64,000 nt of DNA, taken from contig CANJLI010000002.1 in the NCBI GenBank assembly GCA_947475005.1, positions 2,256-66,255 on the forward strand, read 5' to 3'. Positions 9,171 to 19,414 of the stretch are shown here, one piece after another (within the stretch, counting starts at the first letter, position 1; each line of letters opens with the position of its first letter). Origin of the DNA: Deltaproteobacteria bacterium (GTDB lineage: Bacteria; Bdellovibrionota_B; Oligoflexia; Oligoflexales; Bog-1112). The translations under genes were made by a program, and so were the position numbers. Under the pieces are notes generated by a model. That model made no database searches. It was not told the DNA's origin and saw only the letters and a program-made list of their open reading frames with translations.

Positions 9171-9860
9171 TTGAGTTTGTTACAATATTCTATGTTTCAA
9201 GAGGTTTTCTTCCCTACGGGTGAAGATAAGACGGATGGAAAATCGGGAGGCGGGGAGCTTCAGTTGCAAAAAATTGTGCGCTATTCCCCTGCCTTGCTCA
9301 CAGATATCCGAAGCTCTGTACTGGTCTTCTTCGACTTGGAGACCACGGGGCTGGACGATATACAGGATGAGATTGTGGAAATCGGGGCTCAAAAGTACAT
9401 CGGTGGCAAGCTGGTGGACGAATGGTCGAGCCTCGTATGCCCCAAGCAACAGATCTCGCCACAAGCCACCAAAATCAGCGGCATTACCCAGGAGATGCTC
9501 GATGGCCAGCCTGCCATAGAGAGCGTATTGCCTCACTTTCTGCAATGGATGCAGGGGGGAATCCTGGTCGCTCACAATGCGACCTTCGATATCGGCTTTG
9601 TGCGAGAGGCGGCGCTGCGCATGGGGATCGGAATCGAGTGGCCCGTGCTGTGTACCTTGAAGATGGCCCGCAGCCTCCTCCCCTCCTTAGAGCGCAAGAA
9701 TTTGGATACCTTGGCCCAGTACTATGGGGTGCAATTTGAGGCCCGCCACCGGTCCATCGGAGACGTAAAAGTAACCGCAGAGGTGTTCCATCGCTTGCTG
9801 GAGAAGGAGGCTATGGATATCGATACCTGGCAGGATTTTCAAGAATATCGGGTAGTTTAG
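9171..9860 (+). CDS. DEDDh 3'-5' exonuclease (DNA polymerase III epsilon-like)
   Basis: Exo motifs FFDLETTGL, VAHNATFDIGF and HRSIGDVKV. TTG at 9171 has aagagg 6 nt upstream; the alternative ATG is at 9192. Confidence 0.85.
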   Translation: MSLLQYSMFQEVFFPTGEDKTDGKSGGGELQLQKIVRYSPALLTDIRSSVLVFFDLETTGLDDIQDEIVEIGAQKYIGGKLVDEWSSLVCPKQQISPQATKISGITQEMLDGQPAIESVLPHFLQWMQGGILVAHNATFDIGFVREAALRMGIGIEWPVLCTLKMARSLLPSLERKNLDTLAQYYGVQFEARHRSIGDVKVTAEVFHRLLEKEAMDIDTWQDFQEYRVV

Positions 9861-9868
9861 CGCGTTGC

Positions 9869-10066
9869 GGATGACACACCCTCCGTCATCCCAAGGCTGC
9901 GTAGCAGCCGTAGAGATTGGGGACAGTTACCGAATTATTGAGTAGGAGGGGCTCACGCCCCTCCTACTCAATAATTCGGTAACTGTCCCCAATCTCTACG
10001 GTAACTGTCCCCAATCTCTACGGTAATTCGGTAACTGTCCCCAATCTCTCCCCCCAATCTCTCCCC
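9869..10066. repeat. Repeat cluster: P left half, 94-bp nested palindrome, degenerate tandem right arms
   Basis: ggatgac..gtcatcc hairpin, then P left arm. Palindrome 9908-10001 (ccgtagagattggggacagttaccgaattattg..caataattcggtaactgtccccaatctctacgg). Then partial repeats of taactgtccccaatctct. Confidence 0.85.
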
Positions 10067-10263
10067 TAAAAAAAATGAATTGACGACATACCCTAGAAGA
10101 AAGGACTTGAAAAAGCCTGTGATGTTGATATCCTACCCTTTCCTGCACATGGAAAGAGTGCTTGCATGTAAAATCCGTTGCCATTGCTCGCGGGTTATGA
10201 AATACTGCGCTCTACGTAATGAATGGTTATATTTATCCTCACGTAATTTTTAGGAGATATCAA

Positions 10264-10746
10264 ATGTTGATCAGAAAAAAATCCGCGTCTGTCCTGTGTT
10301 CTGTAACTTTGGGCCTTGGTCTATTGTTCGTTGGATGTTCCGGTGACGAAAACAAGGTAACAGAGCCAGTTTCTGCTTCTGTAACCACCCCATCAGATGC
10401 ACATGTACAAGAGCCATCAGAAGTCGTACTTTTCGGATTCGACATGTCTCAGCTTACTCCTGTTGCAGAAGGCCAAATCCAAAAGGTTGCTGAGTACGTT
10501 CGCGCTAAGTCTTCTGTTGCTGTACAGGTAGAAGGCCACTGCTCAGAAGAAGGTACTGTAGAGTACAACCTTGCATTGGGTAACCGCAGAGCAATGGCTG
10601 TTCGTGACTACATGGTTAACTTGGGTGTAGATGCTGCTAGCGTAACCACCATCAGCTACGGCAAAGAGAAGCCTGCTGACGCTGGACACAGCTCAGAAGC
10701 ACACGTAAAAAACCGTCGTGCTGAATTCAAATTCACCAGCAAATAA
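10264..10746 (+). CDS. pal: Peptidoglycan-associated lipoprotein (OmpA C-terminal domain)
   Basis: ATG at 10264 with aggag 7 nt upstream. Lipobox LLFVGC. OmpA-like domain (..GHCSEEGTVEYNLALGNRRA..NRRAEF). Confidence 0.85.
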   Translation: MLIRKKSASVLCSVTLGLGLLFVGCSGDENKVTEPVSASVTTPSDAHVQEPSEVVLFGFDMSQLTPVAEGQIQKVAEYVRAKSSVAVQVEGHCSEEGTVEYNLALGNRRAMAVRDYMVNLGVDAASVTTISYGKEKPADAGHSSEAHVKNRRAEFKFTSK

Positions 10747-10749
10747 AGA

Positions 10750-10825
10750 AATTGTCTTTCTAGAAAGACAATTCTTATAAAAAGCCCCGGCGATGCTCTT
10801 TTGGCATACCGGGGCTTTTTATTTT
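10750..10825 (+). terminator. Two hairpins after pal; the second is a canonical intrinsic terminator
   Basis: Perfect 24-bp palindrome aattgtctttctagaaagacaatt (10750-10773). Stem agccccgg/ccggggct (10783-10816) followed by tttttatttt. Confidence 0.6.
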
Positions 10826-10833
10826 AGCCCTGC

Positions 10834-10881
10834 GGGGACACTCCAACGGGGATAATAGGGACACTCGCATCGGGTGTCCCC
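10834..10881. repeat. G-module palindromic repeat (one partial and one full copy)
   Basis: ggggacactccaacgggg, then gggacactcgcatcgggtgtcccc. Same module as at 2256, 15228, 44121, 61440 and 61555. Confidence 0.7.
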
Positions 10882-11039
10882 ACAGGATTAAATAAGCCGC
10901 AACGTGCAAGGAGACGTCTATCTGCTTTACTCCCAAGGGTTTTTTGCTTATGTATGGCAGAGACAGAGTTATATGGATCTACAATTATCCAATCTAGATA
11001 TATCAATGGCCAGTATGGAGTGTGCTCAAGGGAGTTACA

Positions 11040-12608
11040 GTGAGTGTAGTTGAAGCGATTTTAGTTATCGCAGTGGGTACGTTGTTGACGATCTTGTTTG
11101 CCGGGTTCTTTCTTCACAAGAAAAAAGTGCTGATGACCTTCGAGAAAGCCCAGAGTGAATCCAAGAAAATATTGGAGGATTCTCGCAGGGAAGCGGATAG
11201 CATCATTAAATCCGCGATAAAAGAAGCCAAAGAAGAGTCGAAACAACGTAGAAAACAGTTTGAGGAAGAAGCCAGAGAACGAAAATCAGAAGCGGCAAAG
11301 TTGGAGAGAAAAATCCAACAACGCGAGCAGTCCATCGACAGCAAGATCACCCTGTTGGACCAACGGGAAGAAAAGATCAAGAAGCGCGACACCAAGCTGG
11401 CTCTCGATGAAAAGCACAAGATCCGTTTGATCGCAGAATATGAACTTTCTCTCGAGAAACATCAAAAGGCACTGGAAAAAGTAGCCAGCATGTCCGCAGA
11501 GGAAGCACGAAAAGAACTGATTACCTCCTTGGAGGAAGAAGCCCGCAAAGAAGCACAGCACTCCATCCGTAAGATCGAGGAAGAAGCCCGCAAAGAAGCA
11601 AACCACAGGGCTCGACATATCGTGAGCCTGTCTGTGCAGCGCCTTGCCAATGAGTACGTGAATGAGGCCACCGTCAGCGTGGTGACCTTACCCAACGAAG
11701 AGATGAAGGGACGTATCATTGGCCGGGAAGGCCGCAACATTCGTGCGTTGGAGCAGGCTACCGGGGTCGACCTGATTATCGACGATACCCCTGAAGCCGT
11801 GATCCTATCTTGCTTCAATCCCTACCGCAGGGAAATCGCCAAGAAGACCATGGAGCGACTCATCTCCGATGGTAGAATTCATCCTGCAAGAATTGAAGAG
11901 ACGGTACAGCGAGTCACCCAAGAGTTTGAAACCATCATCAAAGAATACGGGGAGCAAGCCTCCTTCGATACCGGCGTGGTGGATCTCCATCCTGCAATCG
12001 TTGCGCTGCTCGGGAAATTGCGCTATCGCAGCACCGGCGTGCACTCTGTGCTGCAGCATGCGGTGGAAACCGCACAGATTTGCGGCATGATCGCAGCAGA
12101 ACTGGGCGAAAACATCAAAAAGGCGAAGCGAGCCGGCTTGCTCCATGATATCGGCAAGGCCTTGGATCATGAGGTCGAAGGCAACCATGCGGATCTAGGC
12201 GCCGATTTGTGTGCCAAATACGGGGAATCAGAGGACATTGTGGACGCGGTTCGGATGCATCATGCAGATGACCTGACCAACGCCTCTTCCTTAGCTGTGA
12301 TCTTGGGAGCTGCCAACTCCCTCTCTGAAAATCGACCGGGAGCTCGTAAGGAGCTCATGAAGAATTACATCCAGCGTCTTACCGATATGGAAGACATCGC
12401 CAAATCCTTCCCAGGCATCGATCAAGCCTATGTGCTACAAGCGGGCCGAGAAATACGTGCCTTGGTCTCCCAAGAGGGGATCACCGATGAGGGCGTTCGG
12501 GATTTGGCCAACCAAATTGCAACCAAACTGCGCAAAAATTTGACTTTCCCTGGACAAGTGAGAGTAACGGTACTGCGAGAAAGCAAATATACGGATTATG
12601 CAACCTAA
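11040..12608 (+). CDS. rny: Ribonuclease Y
   Basis: N-terminal TM helix, Lys/Glu-rich coiled coil, KH domain (GRIIGREGRNIRALE), HD domain (LLHDIGKA). GTG at 11040 has agggag 5 nt upstream; the listed start is 11022. Confidence 0.9.
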   Translation: MSVVEAILVIAVGTLLTILFAGFFLHKKKVLMTFEKAQSESKKILEDSRREADSIIKSAIKEAKEESKQRRKQFEEEARERKSEAAKLERKIQQREQSIDSKITLLDQREEKIKKRDTKLALDEKHKIRLIAEYELSLEKHQKALEKVASMSAEEARKELITSLEEEARKEAQHSIRKIEEEARKEANHRARHIVSLSVQRLANEYVNEATVSVVTLPNEEMKGRIIGREGRNIRALEQATGVDLIIDDTPEAVILSCFNPYRREIAKKTMERLISDGRIHPARIEETVQRVTQEFETIIKEYGEQASFDTGVVDLHPAIVALLGKLRYRSTGVHSVLQHAVETAQICGMIAAELGENIKKAKRAGLLHDIGKALDHEVEGNHADLGADLCAKYGESEDIVDAVRMHHADDLTNASSLAVILGAANSLSENRPGARKELMKNYIQRLTDMEDIAKSFPGIDQAYVLQAGREIRALVSQEGITDEGVRDLANQIATKLRKNLTFPGQVRVTVLRESKYTDYAT

Positions 12609-13452
12609 AGGAGAGTCTACCGTCAGGATCCTCGCCATTGGCGATGTGATGGGCCGAGCGGGGCGCGAGTGCCTTGAAAAAGCTTTGCCAGAAGCCAAAC
12701 GCCAATTTTCCCCCGATGTCATTATCGCAAACGGAGAAAATGCTGCAGGTGGCTTTGGCATTACCGAAAAAATCTTGCTTCAATTCTTACAAGAGCAGGG
12801 CATTCACGTCGTCACCACCGGTAACCATTGGGCAGATAAGAAGGAAATCTACGGGTTCAAGAAAAAATATAGCGAGTTGCTTGTACCCGCAAATATGTAT
12901 AACGTGGATGAAGCGCGCGAAGGATTTGTCATCAAGGAATGGCAACCGGGGTACCGATATGCGGTGATCAACCTATTGGGCCGTGTATTTATGAAGGGCG
13001 AGAATCGCTGCCCCTTCATGGCTCTCGATCGCATTTTGAAGCAAATTCCCCCAGCTGTGAAGGTACGGGTGGTGGATTTCCATGCAGAGACTTCGAGTGA
13101 AAAACAGGCCTTGGCGCAGTATGCGGTAGGGCGTGTCTCCTTGTTTTATGGAACCCATACCCACTGCCCCACAGCGGATGAGCGGGTATTTGGAAATAAA
13201 ACGGGATTTGTTACAGACTTGGGTATGACGGGCGCGTACGATTCGGTCATCGGGATTGAAACGGATCACTCGTTGCGCCACTTTCTGCAACAGGACTTCA
13301 AAAAATTTGAGCCCTCTGAGAAAGATCCTTGGTTTTGCTTCTTGCTTGCGGATATAGATCGAGCCACAGGCTATTGCCAACATGTCGCTCGCTACCGATG
13401 GAAGATGTCAGATATGAATCTTGTAGAGGCTGAAAAAGGAGAAAATACGTGA
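12598..13452 (+). CDS. ymdB: YmdB-family metallophosphoesterase (2',3'-cyclic-nucleotide phosphodiesterase-like)
   Basis: RILAIGDVMGRAGR..ANGENAAGGFGIT..TTGNH motifs. Conserved rny-ymdB pairing. Confidence 0.85.
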   Translation: MQPKGESTVRILAIGDVMGRAGRECLEKALPEAKRQFSPDVIIANGENAAGGFGITEKILLQFLQEQGIHVVTTGNHWADKKEIYGFKKKYSELLVPANMYNVDEAREGFVIKEWQPGYRYAVINLLGRVFMKGENRCPFMALDRILKQIPPAVKVRVVDFHAETSSEKQALAQYAVGRVSLFYGTHTHCPTADERVFGNKTGFVTDLGMTGAYDSVIGIETDHSLRHFLQQDFKKFEPSEKDPWFCFLLADIDRATGYCQHVARYRWKMSDMNLVEAEKGENT

Positions 13453-15029
13453 AGAGTGGAAAATATAGCTATGTAGCCGCTGCGTTCTTGTCAGGGGCAC
13501 TTTCGAGTACAGGATCAGCCTTTTTTCTCGATGGGAATGGGTTCTATGGTGCACGAGGGGAATTGCGCACGAATCCAGGCGCCTCCTCCGGGCGTGGTAC
13601 CTACCGCGCCATCGACCAGACCTTTCGATTGGAGATTGAGGGCCGCGCCAGCGAAAAGACCAGCTTCTTTTCTGAACTGCGCATCTTTTCCGACCCTCGA
13701 GCCGCTTATCTCGGCGATACAGCTGAGCCGACCTCTTGTCGGGCCGGTTCGGATGAAAAATGCAAGGATGCCAATCAGGATACCTCGGAGCCCGGGTACA
13801 AAAGATACACGCCTCAGATTTCCAAATTGTATGCCCAGCATGCCTTCGACTATTGCTTGCTCGATGTGGGTCGTCGTGACCGCCAGTGGGGAATGGGTCT
13901 GTTCTTGGATGCAGGACGTACACCATTTGACATCAGCATGAGCACCTTCGATGGGGTAAGCTGCCACATCAATACGCAGAAGGCCCAGAGCCTTGGATTT
14001 ACCGTGGGATATGACCAACTCTCTACAACAGGCATGAGCGTCGTATTGCCAGGCTCTACGGACACCTCTGAAAAGAAGGGGGCGAGTAGTCGCGGGGGCA
14101 AGACCAATCAGATTTATTTCAGCATCGAATACGATGACCGCCAGTCACAGCCACCTCTTTCCAACTTTGCCAAACAAGTGGGCGTCTATGTAGCAAAGGT
14201 GGGATCTGCGGATGTAGATTCAGGTGGAACCAGCACAGATTTGACCTTTGTGGATCTTTATTCTGGGTTCTATATGGGGAGATTTTCCTTACGCTCCGAG
14301 ATCCTCTTTCGATTGGGGAAAACGGGAGATCCAAATGCTTCTCGCCTCGGGGGTGCCATTCAAGATCAAAATGAGGTTGCAATCAACAATATGCAGTCCA
14401 TCGGCGGAACTGCCACGTTGGACTGGGTGCTGTCTCAATCAGGGCGCCAAATCGGTCCTGAAAGCTACCGCCAAGGGGATTTGGTGCGCCACATCTTATT
14501 CACCGGTTTCACCTTTGCACCGGGATCTTCCCAGGGGTATTACACAGGCGCTAATGACAATATCGGGGATCAAAATCGAAGCACTACCACGAAGGCCATG
14601 GGCTTCAACCGCAATTTCCATCCAGCCTTGATTTTGTTTAACGGGCGACCTGATATTGATGATCTAGCGGTAGATGGAATTTTTGACCCCACCCGTGTGA
14701 TGAACGCCACCGTGTACACATTGGGATATCGATATGAAAATCTCCAGTACGGCAATGTGGAAACCCGTGTCGTATATGCATCCTTAAACGAACGCATGCC
14801 AGAATCCGTGCAAACCCACTACAGCACCCAAGGGAAGAAAAAGGTCGGATACTACGGCAACTCATTGGGGTATGAGTGGGATACTACGTATTCGCTTCGC
14901 ATCGACAAGGGCCTTGATGTGGGTCTAAGCGCAGGATACCTGTTTGCGGGAGATGCATGGCGTGTCGATGATGACCATCGTGCGGTGGGTCAGACATTGC
15001 TACAATCGTACATTGTCTTTAACTTCTAA
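13449..15029 (+). CDS. Putative outer-membrane beta-barrel protein
   Basis: GTG with aaggag 7 nt upstream. Signal-like N-terminus, alternating beta-strand-like pattern, C-terminal ..YIVFNF ending in Phe. No family recognised. Confidence 0.7.
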   Translation: MKSGKYSYVAAAFLSGALSSTGSAFFLDGNGFYGARGELRTNPGASSGRGTYRAIDQTFRLEIEGRASEKTSFFSELRIFSDPRAAYLGDTAEPTSCRAGSDEKCKDANQDTSEPGYKRYTPQISKLYAQHAFDYCLLDVGRRDRQWGMGLFLDAGRTPFDISMSTFDGVSCHINTQKAQSLGFTVGYDQLSTTGMSVVLPGSTDTSEKKGASSRGGKTNQIYFSIEYDDRQSQPPLSNFAKQVGVYVAKVGSADVDSGGTSTDLTFVDLYSGFYMGRFSLRSEILFRLGKTGDPNASRLGGAIQDQNEVAINNMQSIGGTATLDWVLSQSGRQIGPESYRQGDLVRHILFTGFTFAPGSSQGYYTGANDNIGDQNRSTTTKAMGFNRNFHPALILFNGRPDIDDLAVDGIFDPTRVMNATVYTLGYRYENLQYGNVETRVVYASLNERMPESVQTHYSTQGKKKVGYYGNSLGYEWDTTYSLRIDKGLDVGLSAGYLFAGDAWRVDDDHRAVGQTLLQSYIVFNF

Positions 15030-15227
15030 GGTTATTTGTTATGCCCGCTCTTTTGGCACTGCTAATGATCGGCTTTTGGGGCTGTGGGGTTAAAACCCTA
15101 CCCAAAAATGATGCCCTTGAGCTACTTCCCGAAATTCCATTTCATTCTGTTCCAGAAAAGGGAGCCCCAACTACTACTAAGGGTGAATGCCTCCATAGCG
15201 GAAAAGGGGAGACCCACAAGTCTTGCA

Positions 15228-15254
15228 GGGACACCCACCAAAGGTGAGTGTCCC
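15228..15254. repeat. G-module palindromic repeat
   Basis: gggacacccaccaaaggtgagtgtccc. Read in frame it gives the spurious GTPTKGECP peptide in the extended dapA ORF. Confidence 0.7.
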
Positions 15255-15281
15255 TATTTTTCAAAAAAGAAGACACCACCG

Positions 15282-16199
15282 ATGACGCAGCCTAAAAAAA
15301 TTTCGATCCCCACTGGCGTTTGGACCGCACTGGTCACTCCCTTTGATGAAACCGGACACATCGACTGGCCCGCTTTGGATGCCTGCCTCGAAAAGCAGGT
15401 AAAGGCGGGAGTCACCGGCGTTGTGGTCATCGGTTCTACGGGGGAGTCCTCCTCCATGAGCATGCAGGAGCGCTTGTCCGTTATTCGCCGTGCCAAAGCT
15501 ACCCTTCAGGGGCGGATTCGATTGATGGCAGGTACCGGTCTGAGCCACACCGGTCAAACCGTGGAGCTTTCCAAGCTGGCTGTGGAAGCTGGGGCTGAAA
15601 GCCTGCTGGTAGTGACTCCTCCGTACGTAAAGCCCAATACCCAGGGGCTGCTGCGACACTATGAAACCGTTGGCGCAGAAGTAGGCGTGCCCATGTGCCT
15701 CTACCACGTCCCCAGTCGTACGGGGCGACGGCTGACGGTAGAGGAGTTTGGGCTACTGGCTCAGATTCCCCAGGTTGTCATGTTCAAAGACTCTAGCGGG
15801 GATATGGTTCTGATGTCCCGCGCTACCCAAGCTTGCTCACTGCCCTTTCTTTCGGGCGATGACCTCACGTACTTGGCAAGCCGTGCGGTAGGCGGCCAGG
15901 GGTGGATCAGCGTAGTCAGCAATGCATTCCCCGAGGCGTGCGTCGAGATGGAGGCGTGCATGGCACGAGGTGACTTGACGAGAGCCTTGGCCTTGCATCG
16001 AGCCCTTTCCCCTCTCGTTGATCTGTTAGAGTGTGACACCAATCCGGGTCCAATCAAGGCAGCCCTTGCAGCCCTAGGCCTCTGTCGCAATGAACTGCGT
16101 TCTCCCTTGGCTCCCGTGCAGCCAGAATGGATGCCTCGCATTGCAGAAATGGTGAAGAAGACCGAGCAGGCCCTCCTTGCGATACGAGCAGTACCATGA
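15282..16199 (+). CDS. dapA: 4-hydroxy-tetrahydrodipicolinate synthase
   Basis: From MTQPKKISIPTGVWTALVTPF: DapA N-terminus, GSTGE motif, YHVPSRTG. The ORF-track start at 15084 runs through a repeat and is rejected. Confidence 0.9.
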   Translation: MTQPKKISIPTGVWTALVTPFDETGHIDWPALDACLEKQVKAGVTGVVVIGSTGESSSMSMQERLSVIRRAKATLQGRIRLMAGTGLSHTGQTVELSKLAVEAGAESLLVVTPPYVKPNTQGLLRHYETVGAEVGVPMCLYHVPSRTGRRLTVEEFGLLAQIPQVVMFKDSSGDMVLMSRATQACSLPFLSGDDLTYLASRAVGGQGWISVVSNAFPEACVEMEACMARGDLTRALALHRALSPLVDLLECDTNPGPIKAALAALGLCRNELRSPLAPVQPEWMPRIAEMVKKTEQALLAIRAVP

Positions 16200-16891
16200 A
16201 AAAAACACCGATTTGGGTCCACGGCTGCGATGGCAAGGTGGGCCGTGTCCTGCAAGAAGCGCTACAGGACCATGCCGCTTATTCTTACGCGGGGGGCAGC
16301 TCCTCGACCCATCCAGTAACACCCGCCTCCTTGGCAGCGGCGCCCGCTCTTATTGATTTTTCCTCAGCTGCTGGCAATGCGGCCTTGCTAGGGGTGGTAG
16401 AACAGACGGAGACCCCCTTGTGGGTCGTGGTGGGGACGACGGGGTTGTCGGCCTCCCAGCTCGATGCCTGGGCCTCCGAGGGGGCTCTTCGACACCGGGT
16501 CTTGTATGCCCCCAATTGCTCCTTGGGGATTTTGGTATTGGCCAAAGCCCTCCAAGAAGCCAAAGTCCTGGGTGCCCTTGGATTTGACATCGAAATCCGA
16601 GAGGTGCATCAACGCAACAAAAAGGATGCGCCGAGCGGCACTTCCTTGTATCTTGCAAATCAAGTTACGCAAGCTCCCAGCTCTATCCATTCCTGCAGAG
16701 GCGGTGAAGGATTGGGCGAGCATACGGTGGATTTCCTAGGGTCTGGAGAACGATTGACCTTGTCTCACCAAACCTTCTCTCGTGGGGTCTATGCACAAGG
16801 GGCATTGCGGCTGATGACCTGGTTGCGAGAGCAGCCGGTTGGATTTTATACATTGGATCAAGTCAAACTGACAGAGAAGGGCCTACGATGA
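16196..16891 (+). CDS. dapB: 4-hydroxy-tetrahydrodipicolinate reductase
   Basis: ATGA overlap with the dapA stop. MKKTPIWVHGCDGKVGR (NAD-binding N-terminus), E.HQRNKKDAPSGT signature. Short form (~231 aa). Confidence 0.85.
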   Translation: MKKTPIWVHGCDGKVGRVLQEALQDHAAYSYAGGSSSTHPVTPASLAAAPALIDFSSAAGNAALLGVVEQTETPLWVVVGTTGLSASQLDAWASEGALRHRVLYAPNCSLGILVLAKALQEAKVLGALGFDIEIREVHQRNKKDAPSGTSLYLANQVTQAPSSIHSCRGGEGLGEHTVDFLGSGERLTLSHQTFSRGVYAQGALRLMTWLREQPVGFYTLDQVKLTEKGLR

Positions 16892-17574
16892 AACAAGAAA
16901 AGAAAATGAACAAATGGGTGAAAGAAGCCATCCATATTGCCCTGATTATCCTTGGGGTATTTGCCTTTAAATCCATCTTTATTGCCAACTATACCGTACC
17001 GACTGGGTCTATGGCGCATAACATTGAGCCAGGCGACCGATTGATCGTCAATAAAATGTCCTATGACTTGCGCGTGCCCTTTACCAACATCCAGTTGAAG
17101 CATTTTGGGGACCCTCAACATGGCGACATCGTGGTGTTTGACTATCCCCTCGATCCTTCGATCAACTACGTCAAGCGATTGATCGGCCTACCGGGCGATC
17201 AAATCGAAGTCACCGACGGATTTATTACGGTAAATGGGGTGCACTTTCAAACTTCGATGCAAGATGCCTATGAGACCATGCGTATCATTACAGAAGGTGG
17301 CACCTACCAAGAGACCGCTTTTGGCAAAACATACACGGTGTTACGTCGTCCTCACCAAGCTGTGACCTTGAGCCAAAAATGGACGGTGCCAGAGGGACAT
17401 TACTTCTTCATGGGTGACAACCGGGATAACAGTGCGGATAGCAGAATTTGGGGATTTGTACCTCGAGAGAACATCAAAGGCAAAGCCCTTTGGGTCTATA
17501 TTTCCCTGGATTCTCAAACAGATAGCTTCCTTCCCAAGCTCCGCATGGACCGCTTTGGTAAGAAGCTCGAGTAG
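16888..17574 (+). CDS. lepB: Signal peptidase I
   Basis: GSMAHNIEPGD (Ser box), YVKRLIGLPGD (Lys box), GDNRDNSADSR. Confidence 0.9.
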   Translation: MKQEKKMNKWVKEAIHIALIILGVFAFKSIFIANYTVPTGSMAHNIEPGDRLIVNKMSYDLRVPFTNIQLKHFGDPQHGDIVVFDYPLDPSINYVKRLIGLPGDQIEVTDGFITVNGVHFQTSMQDAYETMRIITEGGTYQETAFGKTYTVLRRPHQAVTLSQKWTVPEGHYFFMGDNRDNSADSRIWGFVPRENIKGKALWVYISLDSQTDSFLPKLRMDRFGKKLE

Positions 17575-17601
17575 TCTACTTCGGGGTTGTGGTCTTTCAC
17601 C

Positions 17602-17630
17602 TTGACAATTCCGGGTATTGCGTAGATATT
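17602..17630 (+). promoter_or_regulatory. Candidate sigma70 promoter for rplU-rpmA-obg
   Basis: TTGACA (17602-17607), 17-nt spacer, GATATT (17625-17630), about 60 nt upstream of the rplU ATG. Confidence 0.4.
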
Positions 17631-17692
17631 GCCATCTCCAATTTTCTTATTACTCCACCCGAGTATTTCGTTATTTAAGAGGTTTTTGAGCT

Positions 17693-18001
17693 ATGTATGC
17701 AGTGATTCAAGCAGGGGGCCATCAGTACCGTGTTGCACAAGGGGAATCCCTTGTCATCGATCGTCTCGAAGGCAAAGCAGGAGATAAAGTTGTTTTTGAT
17801 CGCGTACTGATGCTCGGTGGTGAGACACCTGTATTTGGTGCACCGACTGTGGCTAACGCTGCGGTACATGCTGTGATCAAAGAGCAAAAGCGCAACGCTA
17901 AAATCTTGGTATTCAAGTACAAGCGTAGAAAAAACCATAAGAAGACACAAGGGCATGCGCAACCCGTTACTGTCATTGAAATTGAAACCATTCAGGCTTA
18001 A
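17693..18001 (+). CDS. rplU: 50S ribosomal protein L21
   Basis: MYAVIQAGGHQYRV.. is a typical L21 N-terminus. Confidence 0.95.
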   Translation: MYAVIQAGGHQYRVAQGESLVIDRLEGKAGDKVVFDRVLMLGGETPVFGAPTVANAAVHAVIKEQKRNAKILVFKYKRRKNHKKTQGHAQPVTVIEIETIQA

Positions 18002-18038
18002 TCAACCTGATCCGAGTTAGATAGAGAAGGGTGTTACG

Positions 18039-18302
18039 ATGGCACACAAAAAAGCAGGGGGTAGTACCAAGAACGGTCGGGATTCCAATTCCCAGCGTCG
18101 CGGTATTAAAGTATATGGCGGACAAGTTGTACAAACCGGTATGATTCTGGTTCGCCAAGTGGGTAGTTCTTTTCATGCAGGCGAGAACGTCGGCACCGGA
18201 AAAGATTATACCTTGTATGCAAAAGCAAACGGTATCGTCGCCTATGAGGCTCTTGGCAAAGACAGACGACGGATACGCGTGATCACTGTCCCAACTCCAT
18301 GA
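18039..18302 (+). CDS. rpmA: 50S ribosomal protein L27
   Basis: [24 protein letters not shown].. is a typical L27 N-terminus. Confidence 0.95.
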   Translation: MAHKKAGGSTKNGRDSNSQRRGIKVYGGQVVQTGMILVRQVGSSFHAGENVGTGKDYTLYAKANGIVAYEALGKDRRRIRVITVPTP

Positions 18303-19342
18303 AATTTATCGACACCATAGAGATTCGAGTTCAATCCGGCGACGGGGGCGATGGAATGCTGTGCTTCAAGCGGGCACGTAACCTCCCCAAGCTCGGACCT
18401 GATGGTGGCAACGGGGGACACGGTGGAGATGTAATTCTCGAAGCCGATCCCCAGCTCAATACCCTCCACGCCTTGCGATTTCGCAAACTATACCAAGCTG
18501 AACATGGCACCAAAGGTGGCACCCAGAACTGTACGGGTCGCTGTGGGGATCCTTGCGTGATTCCAGTTCCACTGGGCACGCTGGTCCTCGATGCGGATAC
18601 CCGGGAGATCTTGGGTGAATTGCTGGAGCCAGGCCAGCGTCAGCTCGTAGCAGAAGGCGGCAGACGTGGGTATGGCAACTTGCACTTCGTGACGTCTACA
18701 CGCCAGGCACCCCATCTCATGTTGCCTGGGAAAAAGGGCGTGACCCGGATGCTGCATATGGAGCTGAAAGTGCTCGCAGATGTGGGTCTTGCTGGGTTTC
18801 CTAACGCTGGTAAGTCCACCTTGCTCAGTCAAATGAGTGCGGCACGTCCCCAGATTGCTGATTATCCGTTTACCACCCTCACCCCGAACTTGGGTGTGAT
18901 CCAGGTACGCGATGATGAGCCCTATGGGCCCACGTACGTGATGGCAGATATTCCAGGGTTGGTCGAGGGGGCCAGTGAAGGCAAGGGGCTTGGATTCCAG
19001 TTTCTTAAGCATCTCGAGCGCACACGACTCATCGTCTACTTGTTGGGAGCCATGGATTTTGTCCATGCACCGGAGGAGGCGCTGCCGATCTTGGAGAAAG
19101 AACTGCAGACGTATTCCCCTGAATTGGCTAGCAAAGAGAAGGTCGTGGTACTGAACAAGATCGATCTACTCTCTGACGAAGAGCATGCGATCCAGGTCGA
19201 GGTACTCGAGAAAATGGGCTATGAGGTGATCAGCATCTCGGGAGCCACAGGCAAAGGGGTTGCGGCTCTAAAAGTTCGATTGTACGAGCGCTTGCAGGCA
19301 CAAATCCAACCATTTGACCCAAGCACCATAATCGAACACTAA
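18299..19342 (+). CDS. obg: GTPase Obg/CgtA
   Basis: [19 protein letters not shown] (Obg fold), G1 [10 protein letters not shown]3 DIPGL, G4 NKID. ATGA overlap with rpmA. Confidence 0.93.
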   Translation: MKFIDTIEIRVQSGDGGDGMLCFKRARNLPKLGPDGGNGGHGGDVILEADPQLNTLHALRFRKLYQAEHGTKGGTQNCTGRCGDPCVIPVPLGTLVLDADTREILGELLEPGQRQLVAEGGRRGYGNLHFVTSTRQAPHLMLPGKKGVTRMLHMELKVLADVGLAGFPNAGKSTLLSQMSAARPQIADYPFTTLTPNLGVIQVRDDEPYGPTYVMADIPGLVEGASEGKGLGFQFLKHLERTRLIVYLLGAMDFVHAPEEALPILEKELQTYSPELASKEKVVVLNKIDLLSDEEHAIQVEVLEKMGYEVISISGATGKGVAALKVRLYERLQAQIQPFDPSTIIEH

Positions 19343-19414
19343 ACAGGCGCAAGCCACTGGCCACTTGGGAAGCCATTTCTCCCAGCTGGTATATTTTACG
19401 TAAGGACCTCTATC

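Noticed and set aside
10858-10881. Strand asymmetry of G-module hairpins (T:G on one strand, C:A on the other) as evidence for a transcribed strand.
   Set aside because: Checked across the six copies in the window. The wobble-compatible strand does not consistently match the direction of the adjacent genes, and there are too few copies to conclude.
15084-15281. N-terminal extension of dapA in the ORF track, containing GTPTKGECP. The same peptide appears in the extended DmpA ORF at 44107-44196.
   Set aside because: The shared peptide is simply the G-module palindrome read in frame. The conserved DapA N-terminus begins at ATG 15282. For DmpA the conserved family N-terminus begins just below the hairpin, so the alternative start was noted but not preferred.
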